From NCBI RefSeq assembly GCF_009914755.1, contig NC_060926.1: a stretch of 64,000 nt of DNA. One strand, given 5' to 3'. Source of the DNA: the human T2T-CHM13v2.0 reference genome, Homo sapiens. The first letter of the stretch is position 1; each line of letters begins with the position of its first letter. The notes under the pieces were generated by a model that had not been told where the DNA came from, made no database searches, and was given only the letters and a program-made list of their open reading frames with translations. The position numbers were made by a program, and so were the translations under genes. Of this stretch, positions 1-16,010 are shown one piece after another.

Positions 1-432
1 TAGTAAGAATGAAGTTTTTCATTTATAATTTAGTGTTATACTGCAAAATAGGGCAACCCTTTCATAAAACCAGGAAATAATGAGAAGTAGTTTTGCTTTT
101 ACTGACTTAACCCGGGGGTCTTTGTTAAATAATAGGATTCAAAATGCCTAAGTCACCTGTTCCCGTTAATCTATAATAAAGAAATATTTTATTGCAAAAA
201 ATTATTCTCCTAATTATGTAATAAATTCAGGCGTACATGTTTTTGAAAGTTTTACTGTATTAGAGTTGCTTCACTTTGTATTGTTTTTGTTGTTTCCTAT
301 GTTGTTATATTTTAAATGACTTTATAAATGTAGTTAAAGCTATTGCCAAAAAAGTGTAAATTTCCGTTTTATGCAATTCTTCTAACGTTTTATTCTGACA
401 TTAACATTGTTTGCCAACCTGTTATTCTTTAG

Positions 433-534
433 CCTGTTCGTCCTCTGCAGTCCTCTTCACAGCCTGTTCAGTACTCTACAGCCCCTTACCCATCCCCGTT
501 CCTGCCAGTCTCACCCACCCAGCAATACTCTGTG
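433..534 (+). CDS. R3HDM1: R3HDM1 coding exon A (102 nt, phase 0-0): PVRPLQSSSQPVQYSTAPYPSPFLPVSPTQQYSV
   Basis: Acceptor ttattctttag|; weak donor GTG|gtacta; the peptide matches R3HDM1 as I recall it and joins exon B in frame. Confidence 0.88.
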
Positions 535-2260
535 GTACTATATCTCTATTCACCTCCTGCGTTGTTTCTGTGGGTGGATGTGTGATGAATGCTCAAGAGT
601 GTCATTAATGTAATATGATCTTTTGTGATTTTTTTTGGGTCAGGTTTACATATGTATCTAAACAAAGTATTTCTAATTCATACTAGAAATAATTTATTCC
701 ATAAAATATTGGTTATAGTGGCTTATTATGGTGATTGTTTAACCTTTTCCTGCTTTTTCATAACGAAAGAATTTTCAGGTTGATTATTCTAGTCCTAAGA
801 TGTTTTAGCAACTTTCTCATTGAGGCCACTGCAGGATCTGTGCTGCCCTGGGATGGCAGCTTTCATCTGGGTTTAGGCATTCTATTTTCTCCCCAACACT
901 GTAGCTCCAGTAGACCCAGTACCAGTTCTTAGGGTGAGTTGTAGCTTACAGCTACAGAGGACTTCTAAGTATATTTTCTAAGAAGATTTCTGGATATTTA
1001 ATCTGTGACTGTAAAGTAATGATACTTTCTTCTATCCAAAGTATGCCCCAATTTTTATTGGAATAAGAAAATGACTTTTTTCCAAGGTGACTCTGAGAGT
1101 GGTATACAATTATGGTACTTCTGTTAACAATATTTGATCATATAACATTGAAATTACAGTTCATAGGTACATTTTTTTTCCTTTTGACACCATTCACTGA
1201 ATTAGGCTAATAGTGTTAAAGTGTCAAAGTGACAGTTGGGGAAGAGAAAAACCATATATTTTCAATCATTAAATCAGGCATCTCCTTTCAGTCCTTTATC
1301 TTCTCCATAGCCGTAATTTACTTTGGAAAATCCAGCAGATCTAGAAACTGCAGACATGTCAACTTTGATATGATGACTCAATTGCCACAATTTTGTAAGT
1401 CATTTTTTTCAGTGTTGACCTTTTAACAAAATGTGGTATATTTTATTGCCAGTCTGTGGTTTCTTGGGAACAGGGAGCATTTTAACCCTATATAATCATT
1501 TCAGTGATATTTTTCTGGAACAATAAGAGCTGGTCCTTATCCTGTTGAATTAGAGAAATGTTTGTCAGATAGCACATAAATCATAACCCTTGTCTTGGTA
1601 GGGCACCATTTAGTAAAAGCATAGGAAACTGTCATTTGAATTACATTTGTCAAATTATCTGACTTCCAGAACAGATTGAAAAACACAAGGGAAGAATGGA
1701 ATGTATGGCCAAATTATTTTTGAAAGATTAGAGAAAGGACTGTAGTGGATTTTATGTATTTAATTTCTGCAAATAATTTTCGTGGTTAGGGATACAAAAA
1801 TGCATAGAATTTGCATTTTGCCTTCTAGGAAGAGGGGAGATAGTTTAAAGCAAATACTAATTAGTACCTTGCTCATTGCTTGGTCTTTGAAGTCCTTTCA
1901 GAAAATATTAATTGTATAATATGAACTTGGCCAATTTCACTTCTACATTCTAATGTTGCTTTCATCTTCATTTAAATAAATGTCTTCATTTTTTAATGTG
2001 AAATGTTGTACCCTACTCTTTTCTGCATGCTGTGCATTCCCACTAGATATATTTTTTAAATAATTTATAATTTATAATATTCAACAATAGAGTTGTCATT
2101 TTTTTGAAGCTTTACCCTATTACATAATTGCTGTTGTTGATATATATAATTTCCATAATGTGTACTATTGCATCTTATTTAAAAATAGGAAGTATTTTTC
2201 TTTGATAAGTTTGGCCTATGTGTAGAAGGCTTACTAATTTTTGACTTCTTCCTTTTTTAG

Positions 2261-2608
<348 letters not shown>

Positions 2609-2876
2609 TAAGATCAGTTTTAACTTCAAAGAACTTATTTTTAAATTCTCATGAAGAGAATTTGTGAGAGTATATAAACAAAGCATATACTCATCTTTCC
2701 GCCTCTGGAGATTTTCACGCACATGCTAAGCAACCATATGACAGGTAAATGCTCCAGTTGGTTGGTAAAGTATGTGAGCTTTGAGGGGTTTTTTTTCTGA
2801 GAGGTATGGGTTTCTAAAAAACTAACCTAAGGGAAACACAATAAAGTGTAAATCCACTGTAAAAGTAAAATGGTAA

Positions 2877-2991
2877 GACTGGGCACAGTGGCTCACGCCT
2901 GTAATCCCAGCACTTTGTGAGGCTGAGGCTGACTCACAAGGCTGGGCTTGAGCCTAGGAGTTGGAGACCAGCCTGGGCAATGTAGCGAAAC
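2877..2991 (+). mobile_element. Alu left monomer / FLAM-like
   Basis: Alu 5' consensus ending at the A-rich linker. Confidence 0.85.
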
Positions 2992-3019
2992 TTTTGAATA
3001 TTTAACTAACTTTTAATTT

Positions 3020-4235
<1,216 letters not shown>

Positions 4236-4239
4236 TTTT

Positions 4240-4411
4240 GGGCCGGACACAGTGGCTTATGCCTGTAATCCCAAATGGTGAAACCCCATCTCTAATAAAA
4301 ATACAAAAATTAGCTGGGTGTGGTGGTGCGCACATGTAATCCTAGCTACTCGGTAGCGTGAGGCAGGAGAATTATTTGAACCCAGTAGGCGGAGGTTGCA
4401 GTGAGCCGAGA
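4240..4411 (+). mobile_element. Alu, internally deleted and 3'-truncated
   Basis: gcctgtaatccca joined directly to atggtgaaacccc. Confidence 0.85.
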
Positions 4412-4940
4412 ATTTGTGTTCTAATATTTTAGCGTTATGTGGTTTTTTGTTCAGGGTTCTTTTGTGGGGCAGGGCATTTTGATTTTTTTATTGAAATTCA
4501 CATAATATAAAATTAATCATTTAACCATTTTTATGTGAACATTTTAGTTGCATTTAGTACATATTCACAGTGTTGTACAACCACCACTTCTGTTTGGTTC
4601 CAAAACATTTTCATCACTCTAAAAGGAAACCCCATATCTGTTAGGCAGTTGCTACTTGTTCCTCCATTTCCCAGCCCCTGGCAACCACCAATCTGCTTCT
4701 GTCTCCTATGGTTTTACCTATTCTGAATACTTCATATTAATGGAATCAGGCAACATGTTACCTTTTGTGTCTGACTTCATTCATTTAACATAATATTTTC
4801 AAAGTTGATCCACATCGTAGCATAGGCACACACACACACAAACACACACACACAGTGGCACACTATTCATACTTAAAATGTATTCACACTTAAAAATCTG
4901 TTCACACTATTCATTCTTTCCCTTTTTATCCATTAATTGA

Positions 4941-5334
<394 letters not shown>

Positions 5335-5392
5335 TAGGTACATGTATTTTTTTAATATCTCTTTTCAGTTTTTTGGAGTATGTGTGTATATA

Positions 5393-5394
<2 letters not shown>

Positions 5395-5434
<40 letters not shown>
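5395..5434. repeat. (TG)n microsatellite
   Basis: Direct reading. Confidence 0.97.
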
Positions 5435-5437
<3 letters not shown>

Positions 5438-5827
5438 TCTTTTTGTTATTGAGCTAAGAGTTCTTTATGTATTCTGGATACTAGACCCTTGTCAGATAAG
5501 TGATATGCAATTATTTTCACTCATTCTGTAAAATTGTCTTTTTAGTTTCTTAATAATGTTCTTTGATGGACAAAAGTTTTTTAATTTTGGTAAAGTTCAC
5601 TTTATCCATTTTTTCTTTTATTGCTTGTGCTTTTGGTGTCATATCTAAGAATTGGTTGTCCTGTCTTTTAAGTGCTTTATGTTTTTAGCTCCTAGGTCAT
5701 TTATCCATTTTGAGTTAATTTTTGAATATTGGCGTGAGGCAAGAGTTCATCTTCATTCTTTTTCAAGTATATATCTAGTAATTCTAGCATTATTTGTTGA
5801 AGATACTTTTCTTTCCCCATTAAATAA

Positions 5828-6324
<497 letters not shown>

Positions 6325-6997
6325 TACTCTGTTCTTTTTCAAAATTGTTTTTAGTATTTAGGCTCCTTGCAATTCCATATGATTTGAGAATGGGCTTTTC
6401 TGTTTCTGCAAAAAAAGACCTTTGGAGTGTTGATAGGTATTGCGTGGAATATGTAGGTCTCTTTGATATTATTGCCATGTTAACAATACTAAGTTTTCCA
6501 GTCTTAAATGAGCATGGGATGTTTTTTCGTTTACTCTGGTCATCATTGATTTCATATTCTATTGTTTTGGGATTTGTCCATCTCCCTTTTAAGTTCTATC
6601 AGTTTTTTATAGTATTTGAAGCTATATTAAACAATTTATATTTATCATGTCTTCCTGATATATTGACTCATACATACATTTTTCTCTGTCTCTAATAGTA
6701 TTTCTTGAAACCTATTTTATCTGACATTATAGTGTCATTCTTTTGAGTAACATTTAAATGGTAGATCTTTTTCTATCTTACTTGCAACCCCTATATTTAA
6801 AGTGTCTTTCATTTATGGTTATTAGTTGGGTTCTGCCTCTTTATACAGTGATTGGAGTGTCATTAGACCCTTTAAATTTAATATATTTTTGACATGGTAT
6901 GCCATGTCATACCAGATTCAGGTATGCCACATTGCTATTTTTTTATTTGCCCTATCTGTATTTTATTCTACTTTCCTGCATTTTATATTATTTGAAC

Positions 6998-7088
6998 TTT
7001 TTTTTTTTATAATATTGAATGCTTTACGAATTTCCGTGTCATCCTTGTGCAGGGGCCATGCTAATCTTCTCTGTATTGTTCCAATTTT
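6998..7088 (-). pseudogene. 5'-truncated U6 snRNA processed pseudogene with a short poly(A) tail
   Basis: The reverse complement matches U6 from AAAATTGGAAC through the ACAGAGA box and GATTAGCATGGCCCCTG to the 3' end; the T-run at 6998-7008 is the tail. Confidence 0.93.
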
Positions 7089-7342
7089 GTCTTTTTAGGT
7101 ACATCCCCTTGAATTTTCTGAATATGTGTGTTTTTCTAGGGAATGTGTTACGTACCTTTACCTTATCAAAATCTACTTCAAGTTAATATTGAAATTTCAA
7201 GTAAAATGTAGCAGCCTTATAACAGTATAATTCCATTTACATTCTCTCCGTCCTTTTGCTGTTGTTGCCATATACATTGCATCTCTATATATTATATACC
7301 AAAAATAGTGTTAATAATTTTTGCCTTAAAAGAGATATTGGC

Positions 7343-7971
<629 letters not shown>

Positions 7972-8685
7972 TTAAAGGAAAATACCTAAACTCAGGATTT
8001 AGATTACTTTCTGATACCTCCAGGAACAGTTAAGGGATCCCATATGTATTGTGTCTATGTTAATGCTTCAAAGACAGGAGATCTACGGTAAACTTGAGTG
8101 ATTCTTGGCTAAAAACTAACCTAGGAATATTATGCCTGGCTGGTTTTCAGATGAGATGAGCACTCTTTAAAATCTCCACAGATCTCTGTTCTTTTTACAG
8201 ATAACCCAATCAGAAGAGCAGAATGTGAGTGAGCCCATGACACTGTTAAAGTTAACTTACCCACATACTTCTGTAATACTGGATTAGGTATTTATTCTTC
8301 ACCCCAAACTAGGTCAGATTAAGAGAACTTCATTACTAATACTAATAGCTCTGGAAGGAAAAATAAATCAAGATGGTCTTGATGGCATTTTAATTTGCAT
8401 TAGAAATATGGTCATGCATCATTTAATGATAGAGATACATTCTGAGAAATTTATCTCTAGTGGGTTTTGTCATTGTGTGAATGTCACAAAGTGTATTTAC
8501 ACACACCTTGATGGTGTAGCCCTCTACACACCTAGGTTATATGGTATAGCCTACAAGCTACAAACCTATGCAACATGTTACTGTACTAAATACTGTAGGC
8601 AATTATATCACAATGGTAAGTATTTGTGCATCTAAATATATGTAAACATAGAAAAGGTACAGTAAAAATATGATATAAAAGTTTT

Positions 8686-8997
8686 GTGGTTTTTTGTTTT
8701 GTTTTTTTCTTTTTTGAGACGGAGTCTCGCTCTGCCGCCAGGCTGGAGTTCAGTGGTATGATCTCAGCTCACCACAACTTCCGCCTCCCTGGTTCAAGTG
8801 ATTCTTCTGCCTCAGCCCCCCGAGTACCTGAGACTACAAGGCGCGTGCCACCATGCCCGGCTAATTTTTTGTATCTTTAGTAGAGACAGGGTTTCACTTT
8901 GCTGGCCAGGCTGATCTCAAACTCCTGACCTCGTGATCTGCCCGCCTCAGCCTTCAGAAGTGCTGGAATTAACAGGTGTGAGCAACTGTGCCCGGCC
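8686..8997 (-). mobile_element. Alu within Tigger3
   Basis: Antisense Alu consensus. Confidence 0.92.
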
Positions 8998-9577
8998 AAA
9001 AGATTTTTTTAAATGGAACACCGATATAGTGCACTTAACCATGTATGCAGCTTGCAGGACTGTAAGTTGTTCTAGGTGAATCAGTGAATGTGAAGGCCTG
9101 GGACATTTTACTACTGTAGACTTCATAAACACTCTTAAATTAGGCTACACCTAATTTATTTCATACATTTTTCTTTCTTCAGTAATTAACCTTAGCTTAC
9201 AGTAACTTTATAAACTTTTTAATTCTTTTCACTTTTTTATTCTTATGTAATAAAACAGCTTAAAACACAAATACACCATACAGCTCTACAAAAATATTTT
9301 CTTTATATCCTTATTCTAAAGTCTTCTTTTATGAATTTTTAAATTTTCTTTCTTTTTAATTTTTTTTAATTAAAAACTAAGGTGCAAACATGCATATTAG
9401 CCTAGGCCTACGCATTTCAGGATCATCAGCATCATTGTCTTCCACCTCCACATCTTGTCCCTCTAGAAGGTCTTCAGAGGCAGTAACACACGTGGAGCTG
9501 TCGTCTCCTATGTGGAGCTGTCATCTCCTATGATAACAATGCCTTCTTCTGAAATACCTCCTGAAAGACCTACCTGA

Positions 9578-10270
<693 letters not shown>

Positions 10271-10723
10271 GAAGGACTACATTCTGAAATAATAGTTAAA
10301 AATATTGTAAATACATAAACCAATAACAGCCATTTATTATCATTACCAAGTCTTATTTATATACTGTCTGCTATACTTTTAAACAACTGCTAGCACAGTA
10401 GGACTACAGACATGTGAGTGATGTATTGTGCTATGACATCACTGGGTGATAGGAATTTTTCAACTCCTTTATAATCTTAGGGGGCCACCATCATATATGC
10501 AATCTATCATTGACCAAAATGTCACTTTGTGATACATGACTGTATGAGAAAAATTAAAGAATGGAACCAGTATAACTGTGCATTAATGTGGGAGTGGATA
10601 AAGTAGTTTATACAATGAATGTTGTTTAGCAGTTAAATTGAATGAGCTAGCTGTATATGTTTCAATAAAGAAAGATGTCTCAAAAACAACATGAATTGCA
10701 AAATGAATTTCATGAAGTTATAT

Positions 10724-11085
10724 GTAGTTGAGTTTCCCGTATTTGAAAAGCCTGGGACCAGAAGTTTCAGTTTTTTGGTTTTTTTTGGGGGGGATTTTGG
10801 AATATTTGCATATATACAATGAGATATCTTGGGATAGGGCCCAAAGTCTAAAACCAAGTTCACTTCTGTTTCATATACATCTTATACACATAGCCTTAAG
10901 GTAATATAAGCCATATTTTAAATAATTTCATGCATGATGTAAAGTTTTGACTGTAACCTGTCACATGAGGTCAGGTGTGGAGTTTCTTTTTGAGTACTGA
11001 CATGACATGATGCTTTTGGCATCATGTTGGTACTCAGAAAGTTAAAGATTTTGGAGCATTTCAGATTTTGGACATTTGGATTTTT
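10724..11085. mobile_element. Tigger4b/Zombi-type DNA transposon fossil
   Basis: cctgggaccagaag...gattttggaatatttgcata...gtcacatgaggtcaggtgtgga motifs. Confidence 0.75.
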
Positions 11086-11097
11086 AAAATACTCGCC

Positions 11098-11618
<521 letters not shown>

Positions 11619-11800
11619 TTATATTTTTATGCATACTTTGTTTGAATTTTTTTTAAATTTCAGTTAAATTTAAGAAAAATCAGTTTTCCAATGATTAGTG
11701 CTAAAAAGAATTATTACTCATTAAACTCTGATCTTCCTCACAGAAAAACATATGTAATGCAAGTAAAATTGATTTTTTCCCGCAATATTTATGATCCTAG

Positions 11801-11953
<153 letters not shown>

Positions 11954-13665
11954 TGAGCCACACTTTTTTCCATCTTCTATTTCAGTGTTGCTCTTAAGAT
12001 AGTACCTACTCAGTCTCTCAGGATCTCGAATATGTTCATACATATGAGTTTGCAAACCAATGAGATTAAAAGAGTGAGCAAATCTTAGCATCCTCTGGAA
12101 AATACCACAGTGTCACGTCTACATGCTAAAGGGTTGGGAGCTGTACTGGGAATATCTTAAGCAGTTTGTTAAGTGGCTGCCATCTCTTACTGCCATTGAG
12201 ATTGAAACTGTCTTTGCAGCCTGATAAATCACCTATGGTAACAGCAAAAGAGAGGCAAGGCGAGGCAAGGTGACTTATGAATGGCTAACCAGAAGCAAAG
12301 ATCAAAACCACCTAACTTGGATTGAGAACCCTAGTCTAGGGATGATATTTTGATCTCTTAGTAGGCATGCCTTTAAAAGAAATGATGTACTTAGCATATT
12401 TTCTGTGTTTTGCTTTTCAGTTTATTGATTGATAGTGAAAAGTATTTTTAAACCAAATACAATCTAAGGCCACTTAAATGAAATTTATTAAAACTCAGCA
12501 TTGTTTTTGTTTTAGCACTTTGCAGATTTTCTTCAAGCATTCAGTGAAAACAATTTTGATCTCAGTGTATAAAACTATCTTATTGATTTTTTAATGAACT
12601 CATTTCTCTGTATGCTTCTCACCTAGATGTGTACTTCCCAGATGTTTAATAAGGTATTTATTCAGCCTTTTATAACTCTAGGAGTTGAAGTGGAATTTTA
12701 TCATTGGTTTCTTTAGAGCTTTCTTAACTGCTTATCACTATTGGAGGCTCCCTGACTATGTGAGTGTGACTCACTGAGGAACCCATAACCTCCACCTCCA
12801 CTGAGGCTGTTTACTGCTCTTGATATTGTGTGAAACTCGTCAGGGTTACCACCAGTTTAGGAGAAGCATCTCTGCACTGGCCCATCTGATGAATAGTAGT
12901 CATACTTCTCTTTATTGTTGCAGTCTTCAGTGATCATGATTCACTAACTTTCTGTGCTAGATATAGTTCATGCTTAGCATAGCCATGCAGGATAACTTCC
13001 AGGTCCTTAATCTGTTACCCTTAGGAGTTGTCTCGTTGTTAGTTTACAGGTTCTCCCCTTTTTAGTATGTTACTAGCCTTGTATTGTACATGTGACAAAT
13101 GTTCTTCCAAAGAACATTGAATACAAACATTGGTCATTTTAGCCAAGTTAGAATTTTAGTTCCAAGCTACCTAAAATTTAATAACACAGTCCACGTCAAA
13201 TAATGTAAACTAGTATATGATATAATTTCAAAAGGTATCAAAAGTTATTCTCTATTCGTGGGAACATTGGTTGTGGTACTGCTCATTAGCTTTATATACA
13301 CTGGTGTTTTATTCAGAAACAATTTTCTGAATTTTTCTGGACCTCAAGTAATAGAATTTTCATATTGTTTTTTCTTGATTTTTTTCTTCCAAAATTATAA
13401 CACAGACTGTAGCTGATGCCATAATAAAGAAATGTACCTTCATGCTACTCATTTAAATATCCTTGCGTGTGACTAATTAACTTAATTCATTAGTACACTC
13501 TATTAATAAGGCAAGCAAAAATCCTTTGTTCTGTGTTTGTGTTAGCTTACTAATTTTGTTCTTCAACATGGCAAAATTTTTATCCCTGTCCATGGTCAAA
13601 CTGCCTATAAAATCACTTTCAATCACAGGTTGGGACTAGTGTGCTAGTATATATGCCTCTCTGCC

Positions 13666-13687
13666 AAAAAAAAAAAAAAAAAAAAAA
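13666..13687. repeat. A22 homopolymer with no attached SINE
   Basis: Direct reading. Confidence 0.95.
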
Positions 13688-14276
13688 TATGACACTTAAT
13701 AGAATTCAACTAAATATGCCTGATTGGAGGTGAAAACATCTATGTGACAGATAGCATGTGTTTATCATTGGTCATATTTTTAACTATGGGGTTTTCTCTG
13801 ATGCTAGTTATGATGAGAAGGAGGAAACAATAAATCAGGTTGCATCTGGATAGTGCTACAGGCACAAAAAAGAGAATCATGTCTTTGAAAAATGTTTGAC
13901 ATTGTGTTTGACTCTTATGAGTCAGTCATAATATAACACTTTATAAAAGCTAGACTTGTCCTTTCAGCTGTTTTATATAGTATCCTCTTAACTTACAGCT
14001 TAAGTTAGTTGACTCATTCAGTTTGAAGAATAAAAGGAATAAATCCTCAAAGCATTCTTATCTAAAAGAGAAAGGAATTTTGTTATGCTAATAAGTATCA
14101 TAGAAAATTTTCCTTTAAAGAAAAGTTCAGCAGGGCCAGTGCCAACTGTTGTGTTGGTAATTGTATTGAACCTTTTCATAGAATTAGTGGGGATTTGAAC
14201 TCTTTTTTAAAAGTTATAATCTAAAGACTTTTTTATAGTTAGCTCATCATTAATTTTTATGTCAAAACTTGCAGAA

Positions 14277-14601
<325 letters not shown>

Positions 14602-15928
14602 TTATGTTTGTATGTGCCCTAGTGTAGAAAAGTAAAATGTACTGGGAAATTAACATGATAGTTTATTGTTTTTGAGTTTTTTTACAGGTATATAGCAATT
14701 ACTGTCTCATAATTTACATTTTTATATGGAAACATACTTCTGGGTTTCCTTTTGGTTTTTATTTTCTTACCTCTCTACATTCTACTATCCCAATCTGATT
14801 AAAAATGAGAAATACTTTTTCATATCTCTTATATTTGTATTTCTTGTCAAACAACACTTGCTTACCCCACAGTGTCAAGAAGCATGTTTTTTTTTAATTA
14901 CATAAAAGGGTGAAACTAATTATTCAACCAAATAATGAAAACACTAGTAGACTTGGAGCAATTTTTTTTCACTGTGGCACAAGTAATGTTTAAAAGTTTG
15001 TATTTGAACTTAAAGAAATTTTGCCCTAAATTAACAAGCCCAACTGAGCAAAGTATTTTTAGACCAGATAGGGTATGGGCAGTAGAAATACAGGATCTTT
15101 CATTATTTTTCCTTTGGTGGATAGGGAGGAGGATGGGGAAATATCTCAAGGATAAAATGCTCTAGGTCTTTTATCCATGTGTCCCAGTGGACCACAACTG
15201 AAATCAGGACTAACATTACTGCTGGGGAAATGAATGTACTAGTCTTTTGTTATGAATGTGAAACTACTGAACTGTTCATTCAAAACAAGGTTGAGTAAAC
15301 CCCTGTCAACAGAAACAGAAGAAACCCTGGCTACACACATAAGACTTTCTGAACAATGCACTGTATAATGGGAAAGAACAACAAAATAAAAGTCAGAATC
15401 CTGATGGCCCTTAGTCATTTGTAACTGGTGTTAGGCATATCACTTAAAGCCACTGAGTTTCAGTTGGACTCATTTGCAAAGTATGGAATTTTTACTGTGT
15501 TGTCTGTTGAAGCCTCTGTGTACTGTAAAACTCCATAATTCTTTGTGTCTCATGTGAGTCATTTCTAGTTCTAAAAGGTAGAATAATAGAGAATTGGTTT
15601 GTAACAGCTTGGCAACCAACTGTCAATAACTGGAGTCAATGAAAGCAACTATTTCAAAAGATCAGATTACTTACCAGTTTCACTAATAAAGATTTATTAC
15701 TTTAAACCTTTATCATAAAATGTATGCTTTGAATACTGTGAAGTACACTGCATATAAGGAGTGTGGTATAGTATAAAGAAACTTTCTGCAGGTAGTAATT
15801 ATAGTGAAGATTTTAGGTTTACAAAGCCCTAGCTGTTTTCTGTGTAGCTTTTATTATTCTTATGACTCTTGACAAGTTTGTAGCTTCACCATATACATTT
15901 AATATTTTGCAATAATTGGCCTTGTTCC

Positions 15929-16010
15929 TGAGCTGTTGGATTCGGGGCCGTAGCACTGTCTGAGAGGTTTACATTTCTCACAGTGAACCGGTCTCTTTTT
16001 CAGCTGCTTC
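15929..16010 (+). ncRNA. MIR128-1: microRNA precursor mir-128-1 (5p 15943-15965; mature miR-128-3p 15978-15998)
   Basis: Contains TCACAGTGAACCGGTCTCTTT and CGGGGCCGTAGCACTGTCTGAGA on opposite arms of a hairpin; basal UG at -14 (15929) and CNNC (CTTC, 16015) at +17; R3HDM1 is the known host gene. Confidence 0.99.

Noticed and set aside
407-613. ORFs 407..613 and 411..608
   Set aside because: Both are off-frame readings of exon A; the true frame starts at 433
13666-13687. A22 as the tail of a hidden retrocopy
   Set aside because: No recognisable body or TSD; more simply a slippage-expanded run
15664-15677. Strong minus-strand donor (ttacttaccag) upstream of the miRNA, suggesting an antisense transcript
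   Set aside because: Single motif with no matching acceptor or exon identified
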